Shown here: positions 39,072-49,597 of the stretch, in pieces
How positions within the stretch are numbered: the stretch's first letter is position 1
Layout of the letters: each line of letters starts with the position of its first letter
Assembly (NCBI GenBank): GCA_029762575.1
Contig: JARVGL010000002.1
Span: 1 to 55,631, forward strand
Source: Thermoplasmatota archaeon
Lineage (GTDB): Archaea; Thermoplasmatota; E2; DHVEG-1
Direction of reading: 5' to 3'
Length of the DNA stretch: 55,631 nt
The notes under the pieces: model-generated
What the model saw: only the letters and a program-made list of their open reading frames with translations
Told to the model about the DNA's origin: nothing
Databases searched by the model: none
Program-made: the position numbers and the translations under genes

Positions 39072-39320
39072 ATAAATCAGAAAAGACTCATACTGTATCT
39101 CTTCGGGCTTCTCATACTAGCTGCAAATAACATCGTGTTATATATCACGTTCCTTCATGCCTATTTCTTTAATGACTATGTGTTCTCTGCCCATATCAAC
39201 CAATACGGTGAAGCCCATATCGAGCTTATTGTCCTAGGAGTAAGCCTTGTTATAGGTATCTATACCATTGTTCATTTTATGAGGCTCATGATTAAAGAGG
39301 AAAAACCATTAGTTTCTTAA
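39072..39320 (+). CDS. Small membrane protein (2 TM), probable ATA start
   Basis: Frame is open from 39066; GGTGA at 39061-39065 lies 6 nt before ATA; first TM helix is upstream of the track's GTG at 39135. Confidence 0.55.
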   Translation: MNQKRLILYLFGLLILAANNIVLYITFLHAYFFNDYVFSAHINQYGEAHIELIVLGVSLVIGIYTIVHFMRLMIKEEKPLVS

Positions 39321-39400
39321 GTCCCTCATTTTTTTCCTTGCAACATTTAAATACCATCGTTTCCATTTCAACACAACTTAGGACTCTGGAGGAAAAGAAT

Positions 39401-39904
39401 ATGGATGGTATATCCCTTAAGCTTGTTGATATTGAAAAACCAGATGAGATGAATTTTATTCTTGGACAAACACATTTCATCAAATCGGTTGAGGACCTCT
39501 ATGAGGCGATTGTAAACTCTGTCCCACAAGCTCGATTTGGTATCGCGTTCTGTGAAGCAAGTGGCGCATGCAAGCTGAGAAGTACAGGTAATGATGAACA
39601 ATTGGAAAAACTTGCAAAGAAAAACCTATTACGTATTGGCGCAGGTCATAGTTTCATTATCTTTATGGAACATTGTTTTCCTTTGCATATCCTAAACAGT
39701 ATCAAAATGGTCCCAGAGGTATGTAGTATCTTCTGTGCAACTGCAAACAACACTAAGGTCATCGTTGCTGAAACAAAAAATGGAAATGAGGATGGTCGAG
39801 GGGTACTTGGTGTTGTTGATGGTAATGTTCCAAAAGGGATCGAGAACGAAGAGGACATCGCCTGGCGAAAGAGTTTCTTACGGGAGATTGGATACAAACT
39901 CTAA
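39401..39904 (+). CDS. Adenosine-specific kinase family (DUF355) protein
   Basis: NFILGQTHFIKSVEDL, FGIAFCEASG, IFCATAN, GRGVLGVVDG, IGYKL; GGAGG before ATG 39401. Confidence 0.9.
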   Translation: MDGISLKLVDIEKPDEMNFILGQTHFIKSVEDLYEAIVNSVPQARFGIAFCEASGACKLRSTGNDEQLEKLAKKNLLRIGAGHSFIIFMEHCFPLHILNSIKMVPEVCSIFCATANNTKVIVAETKNGNEDGRGVLGVVDGNVPKGIENEEDIAWRKSFLREIGYKL

Positions 39905-40335
39905 AGGTCACTGTATATATTGCAAACATTTTCGATATATACGTAGACGTAAATCTGAAAAAGAGCGTGCTATCGTATTAAGAGAAGACTCTAATGGAGT
40001 TATCTATTATATATAATCAAACCAAACTATTGACCTTATTGTATGTTTATAAAGCGAAAAGAGTTGTTCGGTGATCATAATAGATAGTTATCGATGCATA
40101 CTTTAACTCAAGAGGATTCAACTATTTCCTTTGAATCCTGTGTTCATCTACCACGCGAACTTTTAATTGATGAAAAACTTGATTTTCCTATACCTTGGTT
40201 GTAGTACCTCTCAGAGCTTGCCCTTAAAAACGATACAAATAACATAAAACAAAACACAGGGGTCTTTGTGGATTACATCAATGTTGATTTGATTATTATT
40301 TCATTTCTCAGTATATGCTAAAAATATGTTTTATC

Positions 40336-40965
40336 TTAAAAACCATGTTTACCGATCAATGGGACAAATGCGCATCCACCAAGAACCTTTGAGATGATGT
40401 CTTCACCTCTTTTCTCTATACTTGTTAGTTCACAATATACTCTTCCTATTGGTATCAGTAGTTTTCCTCCATCTTCGAGTTGATCGATTAATGGTTGTGG
40501 AATATCCGGGGCAGCACAGGTTACATAGATCCTATCAAATGGTGAATGGTCCGGTAGACCAAGAGATCCGTCACCTTTACAGATGATCACATTGTTAATC
40601 CCTGCTTTTTCAAGGTTCTTTTGTGCGTTTTCCGCAAGATTTGGGATCCTTTCAACACTATACAACCGTCCATTTGGACCGATGAGAACAGACATCACTG
40701 CTGCATGATACCCTGAACCAGAACCCACCTCCAAGATCGTTAGCCCAGATCTGACATCTAAGGCTTCTGCCATAAGCGCAACCATATGAGGTGCAGAGAT
40801 CGTTTGCCCTTCCCCAATATCCAATGGTCTATCCTCATAGGCGAACCGAGAAAGTGAAGGTGGAACAAAGAATTCTCGAGAAATACGTAAGAATGCATCT
40901 TCAACTTCTTTTGAATGTATATATCCAGACTGTTTCAATCTCAAGACCAATTTTTCTTTTTCCAT
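40336..40965 (-). CDS. pcm: Protein-L-isoaspartate O-methyltransferase
   Basis: GQTISAPHM, LEVGSGSGY, GDGSLG, PFDRIYVT, FVPLIG; start uncertain (40965-40983). Confidence 0.95.
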   Translation of the reverse strand: MEKEKLVLRLKQSGYIHSKEVEDAFLRISREFFVPPSLSRFAYEDRPLDIGEGQTISAPHMVALMAEALDVRSGLTILEVGSGSGYHAAVMSVLIGPNGRLYSVERIPNLAENAQKNLEKAGINNVIICKGDGSLGLPDHSPFDRIYVTCAAPDIPQPLIDQLEDGGKLLIPIGRVYCELTSIEKRGEDIISKVLGGCAFVPLIGKHGF

Positions 40966-41099
40966 AGCAAATTCCATAATCATCTATCCTTCGGACTATT
41001 GCACTTTCATATTTTGAAGATATGGTATTTGTATCCGGTCATATCCGTTGTTTCATCATCATCCTTTTTATAATACTATGTGTTTCACCCAACATCAAT

Positions 41100-42038
41100 A
41101 TGGATAAGGTAGCTATTGTTGCCCTTGGTGGCAACGCACTAATAAAAAAAGGACAGATAGGAGATATTCATGAGCAATTCGCAAATACCCGTAAGGTTTC
41201 ATCATCTATTGTAAAGATGGTAAAAGCAGGGTATAAACTTGTCGTCACCCATGGGAATGGTCCTCAGGTTGGATCAATATTCCTTCAAAACAATGCAACA
41301 CGTGATATCATTCCGCCTATGCCTCTAGGTATCTGTGTCGCAGAAAGTCAAGGTTTTATTGGATATATGATTCAGCAATGTATCTTTAATGAGCTGCATA
41401 AGGAGAATATCTCAAAAAAGATTGCAACCATCATCACTCAGGTTCTTATCGACGAAAAGGATCTTTCTCTCAAAGATCCTACAAAACCAATTGGCCCCTA
41501 TTATAATGAAGATGATGCTCAGAAACTCCTCAAAGATGGATATCAGATCACGATGCAGCCGCAGGGATGGCGTATCGTTGTACCATCTCCAGATCCAAAA
41601 GCCATCGTTGAAGCAGATATCATTAAAAGACTCCTTGATGAGGATGTTATCGTAATCGCAGCTGGCGGAGGTGGTATGCCTGTCATCAAAAAGGAAGGAT
41701 GGGGTCTTGATGGGGTCGAAGCGGTGGTTGACAAGGACCTTGCTAGTGAACGGCTCGCTGAAGAGATCAAAGCTGATCTCCTTTTAATTCTTACAAACGT
41801 TGACAAAGTCTATATAGATTTCAACACGGAGAACAGTCGCCCTCTCAACACCGTGACCCTTAATGAGATAAAGAAGTATTATCAACAAGAGCAATTTCCT
41901 CAGGGGAGCATGGGTCCTAAGATACTTGCAGCTATCCGATTCCTTGAACATGGTGGAAGAAAGGTCATCATAGCAGATGTGGATCAGGGGTGGGAGGCTT
42001 TACAGGGAACAACAGGGACCCATATTGTTAACGAGTAA
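41100..42038 (+). CDS. arcC: Carbamate kinase
   Basis: VALGGNA, THGNGPQVG, PTKPIGP, AVVDKD, GSMGPK; start moved to ATG 41100. Confidence 0.95.
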   Translation: MDKVAIVALGGNALIKKGQIGDIHEQFANTRKVSSSIVKMVKAGYKLVVTHGNGPQVGSIFLQNNATRDIIPPMPLGICVAESQGFIGYMIQQCIFNELHKENISKKIATIITQVLIDEKDLSLKDPTKPIGPYYNEDDAQKLLKDGYQITMQPQGWRIVVPSPDPKAIVEADIIKRLLDEDVIVIAAGGGGMPVIKKEGWGLDGVEAVVDKDLASERLAEEIKADLLLILTNVDKVYIDFNTENSRPLNTVTLNEIKKYYQQEQFPQGSMGPKILAAIRFLEHGGRKVIIADVDQGWEALQGTTGTHIVNE

Positions 42039-42083
42039 TCAGGATATTTATTAACCCCATCGTTCATTCCTTTTTTAAATCAT

Positions 42084-43196
42084 ATGGATACCACACCACT
42101 TGAGAAGCAGATTAAAGACATTGAAGATGAGATCTTCAATACCCAGAAGAACAAGGCTACTGAGCATCATATCGGTAAACTCAAAGCAAAGATAGCAAGA
42201 TTACGTGGGCAAATCGAAAAACAACAGAGCAAAGGCGTTAAAGGAAAAGGATTTGCAGTTAAAAAGAACGGAGATGCAACCATTGGTCTTATTGGTTTTC
42301 CTAGTATTGGAAAAAGCACTCTTTTAAATCAATTAACTGATGCAAAAAGCGAGGTTGCAGCATACGAATTTACTACTCTTGATGTTATCCCCGGGATGCT
42401 TCACCATAAGGGTGCAAATCTACAGATACTTGACTTACCAGGACTTATTACTGGTGCATCTCTTGGTAAAGGGAGAGGTAGGGAGATTCTTGCAGCGGTA
42501 CGCTCCGTTGACCTCATCTTACTTATGGTTGATGGGACACATAAAGATCATCTTGATCGCATGACCCTAGAATTACATAGTGCAGGGTTACGGCTCAATA
42601 GGAAGAAACCAGATGTAGTTATCACACTCTCAATGCAAGGGGGTATTACCATTCATACCCCAATCAAACTAACAAAGATCAGTGAAAAGACCATTCGTTC
42701 CATCGTGTCAGAGTATCTTGTCAATGCAGATGTCATCATTAGAGAAGATATCGATGAAGATCAATTAATCGATGTTTTCATCAAGAATCGAACCTATATA
42801 CCTGCAATCGCAGTTATCAATAAGATAGATCTTCTAAGTCAAAAGGAACTAGACAACTATAAAGAGCATATTAGGAAAAAAGGATGGATAGTCCATGCGA
42901 TTTCAGCAATAGATGGAACCGGACTACAAGAACTCAAAGACCTTATCTTTTCACAGCTTCGCCTGATACGCATCTATATGAAACCACAGGGAAAGAAACC
43001 GGATTATAATGAACCGATGATATTGCGAGAGGAAGATACCGTTGAGGATGTCTGTAAAAAGATACATAGGGACTTTAAACAAAAGTTTAGATATGCTCAT
43101 GTCTGGGGGAGATCAGCGAAATACCCTGGTCAAAAAGTTGGGTTGGACCATACGCTCTGTGATGAAGATGTTCTCACAGTTATTATCATCCATTAA
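42084..43196 (+). CDS. DRG family GTPase with TGS domain
   Basis: KNKATEHHIGKLKAK, GFPSIGKST, YEFTT, DLPG, NKID, GQKVGLDH. Confidence 0.95.
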   Translation: MDTTPLEKQIKDIEDEIFNTQKNKATEHHIGKLKAKIARLRGQIEKQQSKGVKGKGFAVKKNGDATIGLIGFPSIGKSTLLNQLTDAKSEVAAYEFTTLDVIPGMLHHKGANLQILDLPGLITGASLGKGRGREILAAVRSVDLILLMVDGTHKDHLDRMTLELHSAGLRLNRKKPDVVITLSMQGGITIHTPIKLTKISEKTIRSIVSEYLVNADVIIREDIDEDQLIDVFIKNRTYIPAIAVINKIDLLSQKELDNYKEHIRKKGWIVHAISAIDGTGLQELKDLIFSQLRLIRIYMKPQGKKPDYNEPMILREEDTVEDVCKKIHRDFKQKFRYAHVWGRSAKYPGQKVGLDHTLCDEDVLTVIIIH

Positions 43197-44149
43197 TTTG
43201 AGATCATAGATTGTATCTGAGTTGCAACATGTTTTTCATTTAATCTGTATTTCTCTAAGAGATCCTTTGGTTCTCCACTTTCACAGAACGTATCATTTAT
43301 ACCCATACGTCTAAAACGAATGGTTTTTCCAACGTTCTTCTCAGCTAGGACCTCTGCAACCGCTGAACCAAGACCCCCGATTATCGAATGCTCTTCTACT
43401 GTCACGATACAACCGGTTTGCTTTGCACATTTCAATACCAGTTGTTCGTCTAGTGGTTTAATCGTATGCATATCGATTACGCGAACTGAAAGACCTTTCT
43501 TCTTTAACAGATGATGTGCATCAAAGGCAGCATCGACCATTGTCCCACATGCGATGATGGTTGCATCATCACCATCTTCAACTTGCATTCCCTTTCCTAA
43601 GCTTATGTGTTCAATGTATTCTTCAGAATAAAGGACTGGTGCATCTGCTCGCCCTATACGAGCATACATTGGTCCAACATGTTCAGCCATCAATTCAACA
43701 ATTCGAGATGTCTGGGTATAATCACTTGGTGCAAGAACCGTCATATTAGGAAGGACACGCATTAAAGAGATATCTTCGATCATTTGATGACTTGCTCCAT
43801 CTTTTCCAACACTGATGCCTCCATGTGTAGCAAAGATTTTTACATTAGCCTGGGAATAAGCAAGATCCATACGTATCTGATCGTACACACGTCCAGTTGC
43901 AAAGACTGCAAAGGTGCTACAAAAAGGAAGTTTCCCGGCTGATGCAAGACCCGCTGCTGTTGAGATCATATTTGCTTCTGCAATACCCATCTCAAAAAAA
44001 CGTTGAGGAAATTTTTTTGCAAATAATATCGTCTTAGTAGATTTTGAGAGATCTGCATCAAGAACGACCAAGTTCTGATAGATATCACCAAGCCGAACTA
44101 ATGTTTCACCGTATGCTGTTCGAGGGTTTTTCATCTCTTTTTTCGTCAT
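43193..44149 (-). CDS. Transketolase, C-terminal subunit
   Basis: LDADLSKST, GIAEANM, DGASHQ, TIKPLD, EEHSIIGGLGS. Confidence 0.93.
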   Translation of the reverse strand: MTKKEMKNPRTAYGETLVRLGDIYQNLVVLDADLSKSTKTILFAKKFPQRFFEMGIAEANMISTAAGLASAGKLPFCSTFAVFATGRVYDQIRMDLAYSQANVKIFATHGGISVGKDGASHQMIEDISLMRVLPNMTVLAPSDYTQTSRIVELMAEHVGPMYARIGRADAPVLYSEEYIEHISLGKGMQVEDGDDATIIACGTMVDAAFDAHHLLKKKGLSVRVIDMHTIKPLDEQLVLKCAKQTGCIVTVEEHSIIGGLGSAVAEVLAEKNVGKTIRFRRMGINDTFCESGEPKDLLEKYRLNEKHVATQIQSMISN

Positions 44150-45003
44150 TATCTTCCTCTCAGTTTTTGTTCGATACGTGTAAGTTCCTCGATAGCTAGT
44201 TTATATTCCATCTCATTTGGTGGAACCCCGTGGAAATCAACGTTGTTCTCCATAAATGAAACACCTTTCCCTTTAATGGTATCAAGGATGATAACCGATG
44301 GTTGGTTACGATGAGTATCTGTATTCTGTAAAGCTTCTTCTATCTCTCTAATGTCATGACCGTCGATCTCAACGACATTCCATCCAAATGCGGTCCATCT
44401 ATCATACACTGATTCTAATCGAAGGACCTCTTCAGTATTCCCATCTATCTGTAAGAAATTTCTATCTATTAATGCGGTGAGATTATCTAACTTGTAATGT
44501 GATGCGGCAGCAGCTGCTTCCCAAATCTGTCCTTCATTGGTTTCTCCGTCGCCAAGCATAACATAGACATGATATGATTTCTTGTCGAGTTTTCCAGCAA
44601 GTGCTACTCCTGATGCAAATGAGAGACCATGGCCAAGGGAACCAGTGCTTGCTTCGACACCAGGGGTGTAAAGGCAGACGGGATGGCCTTGAAGTCTGCA
44701 ATTAATCGTTCGTAATTTTATAAGTTCTTTAACCGAAAAATATCCTGATTCTGCAAGAACGGCATACAATGCAGGGGCAGCATGTCCTTTACTAAGGATA
44801 AATCGATCTCTGTCCGGATTATCTGGTTTCTTTGGATCATGGAACATATGCGAAAAATACAGGGTAACCAGTGCATCAACCGCAGAAAGCGATCCACCAG
44901 GATGACCAGATTTAGCATGATACAACATTTCAATGACATGTTTTCGTATCTTAACGGCCATCAATTCAAGGGTTTGAATGTTTTTTGCGTCAGTGGCAGT
45001 CAT
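44149..45003 (-). CDS. Transketolase, N-terminal subunit
   Basis: SGHPGGSLS, DRFILSKGH, TPP motif GDGETNEGQIWEA; start moved to ATG 45003. Confidence 0.93.
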   Translation of the reverse strand: MTATDAKNIQTLELMAVKIRKHVIEMLYHAKSGHPGGSLSAVDALVTLYFSHMFHDPKKPDNPDRDRFILSKGHAAPALYAVLAESGYFSVKELIKLRTINCRLQGHPVCLYTPGVEASTGSLGHGLSFASGVALAGKLDKKSYHVYVMLGDGETNEGQIWEAAAAASHYKLDNLTALIDRNFLQIDGNTEEVLRLESVYDRWTAFGWNVVEIDGHDIREIEEALQNTDTHRNQPSVIILDTIKGKGVSFMENNVDFHGVPPNEMEYKLAIEELTRIEQKLRGR

Positions 45004-45265
45004 TGGGTTCTCCTCTGAATGAAAATGAATCCCCGTGTTTTCCAGAGAATACAAACAATGTCTAAATACTTTTTGTAATATCCTAGATCAGCCTTTCAAT
45101 TAATTTTAAAAAAACTCTGGAGCTTAGTTAATCAAGGAACGTAAATGTATTGAATTCAACTCGTCTATATATGATTTAAATGTTTGATAAATCTCAACAG
45201 TTGATGATTATTTCATACCAACGTTTATAAATTTTGATTTGTTTCTGCTATCTGATGATTGAAAT

Positions 45266-46513
45266 ATGGTTGTAAATATTGAACGATTGTTTTCCAAAAG
45301 GGCTGGTCGGCTTCGCTCATCAGAGATCAGAGAGTTATTAAAACTTACACAGATACCAGGTATGATCTCATTTGCGGGGGGTCTACCCAATCCTAAGGCT
45401 TTTCCTATACATATCATCAGAGAATGTATCGATACGACACTAAAGAACAATCCAAACGATGCTTTACAATATGGGACGACAGAAGGAGTAACACAATTAC
45501 GTTGTGCTTTAGCGAAAAGGATGAAGAAAGTTAAGGATATCAATTGTGAGCTTCATGATGTTATCGTTACTAGTGGTGCTCAACAAGCATTATCTCTTGT
45601 CGCTTTATGTTTTCTTGACCCTGGTGACACATATCTTACCAGTGCACCAGCCTATTTAGGCGCAGTCCAAGCGTTTCATGCTTATGAAGCGAATTGTGAA
45701 TCGATACCAATCAACAGTGAAGGAATAGATACTGATTCTCTTAGAAGAAATATCGAACGTCTTAGACGTACTGGAGTACATCCTAAATTTCTGTACTGTG
45801 TACCGAATTTTCAAAATCCTTCAGGGGAGACGATGTCTTTACATCATCGTAAAGAACTCCTTGATATCGCTTCGGAATACGATTTCCTTATCATCGAAGA
45901 TGATCCCTACGGTGAACTTGTCTTTGAAGGAGAACCGATTCCACCAATCAAATCGTTCGATAAACGTGGGCGGGTCATCTATATCAGCACGTTTTCAAAG
46001 ATCCTTGCCCCAGGTTTTAGACTTGGATGGGTCGTTGCATCAAAGGAAATACTAGATAAATTCATCTTAGCAAAACAAGCAACGGATCTTTGCACAAACA
46101 CCTTTTCTCAATATATCGCCTATGAATATATCAATGGCGGCTTTCTTGACAAACAGGTTAAGAAGATTAAAGCGTTATATAAGAAAAATCGGGATGTCAT
46201 GATCGAAGAATTGGATAAAAACTTTCCAGAGGGGGTAACATGGACTATTCCCAAGGGAGGTATGTTCATATGGCTCACTCTTCCAAAGACCATAGACACT
46301 CGCCTCATGTTCAAGAAAGCTATGGCTAAAAAGATTGCCTATGTCATTGGTGAAGCATTTTACCCAGAAGGTGGAAATTATAATTCCATGAGATTGAATT
46401 TTTCGTATTCAGATGAGAAAACCATTCGAGAGGGTGTGCGACGTCTTGCTGAGGTGATTAAGGAGGAGCTCAATGGTTTTCAGAGGGAATCATATCCACC
46501 AAATGGCGTATGA
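45266..46513 (+). CDS. PLP-dependent class I aminotransferase (LysN/aromatic type)
   Basis: ISFAGGLP, PNFQNPSG, EDDPY, TFSKILAPGFRLGW, RLNFS. Confidence 0.93.
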   Translation: MVVNIERLFSKRAGRLRSSEIRELLKLTQIPGMISFAGGLPNPKAFPIHIIRECIDTTLKNNPNDALQYGTTEGVTQLRCALAKRMKKVKDINCELHDVIVTSGAQQALSLVALCFLDPGDTYLTSAPAYLGAVQAFHAYEANCESIPINSEGIDTDSLRRNIERLRRTGVHPKFLYCVPNFQNPSGETMSLHHRKELLDIASEYDFLIIEDDPYGELVFEGEPIPPIKSFDKRGRVIYISTFSKILAPGFRLGWVVASKEILDKFILAKQATDLCTNTFSQYIAYEYINGGFLDKQVKKIKALYKKNRDVMIEELDKNFPEGVTWTIPKGGMFIWLTLPKTIDTRLMFKKAMAKKIAYVIGEAFYPEGGNYNSMRLNFSYSDEKTIREGVRRLAEVIKEELNGFQRESYPPNGV

Positions 46514-46622
46514 TGGATTCGATCAGCTAGCATCGTGATATGCAGGTGGGTATGCGGCCATAAGGTTTTTAAAATCAATCTCTTTTGTACCATTGAAAAA
46601 CAATTGGGATTGGTGAAATTCG

Positions 46623-47513
46623 ATGGGATGTCGGATAAAGACACGAGTTAAGTTAGACCATATTCAAGATTTTGAACTGATGTTTGAACGGATGAAGCTC
46701 CATCGACCTCGAGAGGCCGCTGTTTATTATGCTATTCTTATCATTGATGCTGCAAAAGAATTCTCTGATTTTTTGCATATCGCAGAAGAATTAGCTAATC
46801 TTACACGTAGACCCCTTGAAACAGGTCGGAATTGCTTACTAAAGAACGGTCTTATCGCAAAAGTTTTGTTCTCAAATGACACGCGGGATAACTTTGGACG
46901 GGAAAGCTATCTGCCGGTTCATCCCTGTGCGATATGGGAAGTGGTTAAAAAGGATTTACAACAGTATATTGCACCAGAGACATATCACTCCATAGAAAAC
47001 CATCTTAGAACATATAACGATTTCTATAAAGATAACTTTGATAAATATGGTGTGAAACTACGAAGAAATGGAAACGTCACCATTGAATATTACGGTCTTT
47101 GGGTTCTGTATAATGCATTGTATAACAGTATGGAAAAAGGTAACCATGTGAAACTTCAGATAAGCGGTGAAAGATTTTTCAAAGAACCATTTATCGATTA
47201 TTTCAAAAGATTCCTTGAGCTTGATACTAAGTTACAGGTCATCATTGACACTGAAATTGACAAAGGTCTCCTTCAACATTTTAATGATTCGTTTCCAGAG
47301 AAACTTGAAATTAGGTCCTTCCCTGATGGTGCATCTGGTACCCTTCGAAATTATGTGTATGGTAAGGAGTTTGCTATCAATGGTATTAAGATATTGCAAG
47401 ATCATTCTGATGAACCGGCCTATATCGGTACTGCATATGTAGATGTTGAGGATATCAAAGTATTTAATAACAAATTCGACAGCCTCTGGAATCTAGCAAA
47501 ACCACTTCAATGA
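46623..47513 (+). CDS. Hypothetical protein, divergent TrmB-like regulator
   Basis: EAAVYYAIL...AEELA...LLKNGLI...YLPVHP and C-terminal FDSLWNLAKP resemble TrmB architecture. Confidence 0.55.
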   Translation: MGCRIKTRVKLDHIQDFELMFERMKLHRPREAAVYYAILIIDAAKEFSDFLHIAEELANLTRRPLETGRNCLLKNGLIAKVLFSNDTRDNFGRESYLPVHPCAIWEVVKKDLQQYIAPETYHSIENHLRTYNDFYKDNFDKYGVKLRRNGNVTIEYYGLWVLYNALYNSMEKGNHVKLQISGERFFKEPFIDYFKRFLELDTKLQVIIDTEIDKGLLQHFNDSFPEKLEIRSFPDGASGTLRNYVYGKEFAINGIKILQDHSDEPAYIGTAYVDVEDIKVFNNKFDSLWNLAKPLQ

Positions 47514-47567
47514 TCACATAAACAGAAGTAGTTTTTCAGACGAAAAGTTTTGTATAAAGGTTAATAT

Positions 47568-49475
47568 CTATACGAAACGGGTTGTTTCCATATTCTTCAA
47601 TGCTACCGTCGTTAGGTTATATTTTTTATGGACTGAGCTTGAGAGATCAAGACATTTTGATTCCTCGCCATGACCGAAGAGTAATCGGTCTGGTCTTGGA
47701 CTCATATTGTTAATATAATTCATGAGTTGACGTCTATCACTATGACCTGAAAAACCATCAACGGTCTCAATCATCATATTAACCCTAATGGTCTGAACAT
47801 TGCCACCTGATGTTATCGAAACATCTCTCCATCCTTTTTGTACACGTCTTCCAAAACTCCCTTCTGCTTGGTATCCAACAAAGATAATCATATTCTTCTC
47901 AGTTTCAGCCCAAGATTTGAAATATTCCATGACCGGTCCACCAACCATCATACCACTTGTTGCAAGAACGATACAGGGATCAGGATCATTGATGATCTTC
48001 TGACGCATCTCTTGTCCCTCAACACGAACAAAGATGTCGGAAAGAAGAGGGTTTTTTCCTTTTTGGAACGCTTGCGCTCGTAATTTATTGTTGAGATACT
48101 CAGGGTATGCTGTATGAATCGCTGTTGCCTCCCAGATCATTCCATCTAAATACACAGGTATTTCTGGGATTTCTTTATCTGCTATAAGTTGTTCAAGGAC
48201 GATCATGACCTCTTGACTTCGACCAACAGCGAATACGGGGACTAGGATCTTACCATTTCTTTCCAAACATCGTCTGGTTATCTCTCTAAGATGATCGGTT
48301 GCTTCTCGACGGCTTGGTTGGAAATCTTCTTTACCACCATAGGTTGATTCGATGAACATTGCCTCAAGACGTGGAAAATGATTGACCGCAGGGTTAAATA
48401 ACCATGTTTTCTCATATTTTATATCGCCACTAAACGCGATGTTATAGAGACCTTCACCGATATGAAAATGTGCAATAGATGACCCAAGGATATGTCCTGC
48501 ATTATGGAACGTTAAGCGAACATCAGGGGTAATATCTGTGGTATCTCCATAATTCATGGCTATACAATGTTTAATGACTTCACGAACATGTTCTCCAGCA
48601 TATGGTATCTTTTTTGCGTCTGCGGCAGCAACCTTTAAGTAATCCATCTGCAGCAATGTCATCATATCCCGTGTAGGTGGTGTACAATAAACGGGTCCAT
48701 CATATCCATATTTATAAAGAAGTGGAACAAGCCCTGAATGATCAAGATGGGCATGGGTTATGACTACAGCATCGATTGTCTCAATTGGTAACACTTCAGG
48801 GAGATGTAAATAAGGGGTCCCACAGTCATCAGAGACATCCACGCCAACATCAATAAGGATCTTACTATCCTGTGTGTTTAGCATACTACATGATCGACCA
48901 ACTTGTCTGTAACCTCCTAATGCGGTGACTCGAACATATTTCTCGCCTTCAGATACTCCCCGGTGCAATCGTCGACCAACTTTTTTAAGTATCTCCTTTC
49001 GTTCATCACTCATCATCCGAAGGAAACCACGGATATCATGAACTGTTTTTGATTGCAAGGGTGGTGTACGGATGATGCGGGGGGACCAGTTGATTTTTTT
49101 ACGGATCTCATTAAGATATTTTCCTTGTTTACCTATAGCGACACCAGGTTTCATGACCTCAATGGTCACTTCACCGACATCAGGTTGAAAATAGATGTTG
49201 GTTATCTCTGCCTCCTCGGGGATGATTTGTCTAATTTTCTTTTCAGCGGTTTCCTCTTGCGTTGTGACACTTGGGTCAGGTCGCACGACAATACGTTTTT
49301 GAAGCATTTTCGCTAATTGTTTGATAAGATCATCCTGTTCAGCGAATTTATGCGGATGCTTTGTGTAAAGGACGACTAATGCTCCTTCAAACTCAATATC
49401 AGAAACATCGATACTTGGTGGTACTGTTGCCCTAACTTTTCCTTTCATTTCCCTTAAAACATCTTCAGCAGTCAT
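47568..49475 (-). CDS. fttA: Beta-CASP ribonuclease aCPSF1 / transcription termination factor FttA
   Basis: N-terminal KH domains, THAHLDH, NAGHILGS, FSGHSD. Confidence 0.96.
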   Translation of the reverse strand: MTAEDVLREMKGKVRATVPPSIDVSDIEFEGALVVLYTKHPHKFAEQDDLIKQLAKMLQKRIVVRPDPSVTTQEETAEKKIRQIIPEEAEITNIYFQPDVGEVTIEVMKPGVAIGKQGKYLNEIRKKINWSPRIIRTPPLQSKTVHDIRGFLRMMSDERKEILKKVGRRLHRGVSEGEKYVRVTALGGYRQVGRSCSMLNTQDSKILIDVGVDVSDDCGTPYLHLPEVLPIETIDAVVITHAHLDHSGLVPLLYKYGYDGPVYCTPPTRDMMTLLQMDYLKVAAADAKKIPYAGEHVREVIKHCIAMNYGDTTDITPDVRLTFHNAGHILGSSIAHFHIGEGLYNIAFSGDIKYEKTWLFNPAVNHFPRLEAMFIESTYGGKEDFQPSRREATDHLREITRRCLERNGKILVPVFAVGRSQEVMIVLEQLIADKEIPEIPVYLDGMIWEATAIHTAYPEYLNNKLRAQAFQKGKNPLLSDIFVRVEGQEMRQKIINDPDPCIVLATSGMMVGGPVMEYFKSWAETEKNMIIFVGYQAEGSFGRRVQKGWRDVSITSGGNVQTIRVNMMIETVDGFSGHSDRRQLMNYINNMSPRPDRLLFGHGEESKCLDLSSSVHKKYNLTTVALKNMETTRFV

Positions 49476-49597
49476 ATAATTCCCACAATTTTTCTTGTTT
49501 TATATCTGTATCAATATGAGCCTAATACCCGCTATCTAAATAATATTAGAACTTAAACAAATGGAAAGAGTAATGGTATAGATGTGATTTGATTGAT

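Noticed and set aside
39905..40335. 430-bp gap with AGGATTCAA/TTGAATCCT inverted repeat as a MITE or RNA
   Set aside because: A single 9-bp internal hairpin between convergent genes, with no terminal repeats, target duplication or second copy.
43193..45003. Split transketolase as a frameshifted pseudogene
   Set aside because: Two-subunit transketolases are normal in archaea; the genes overlap by one base (TAATG coupling) and both are intact.
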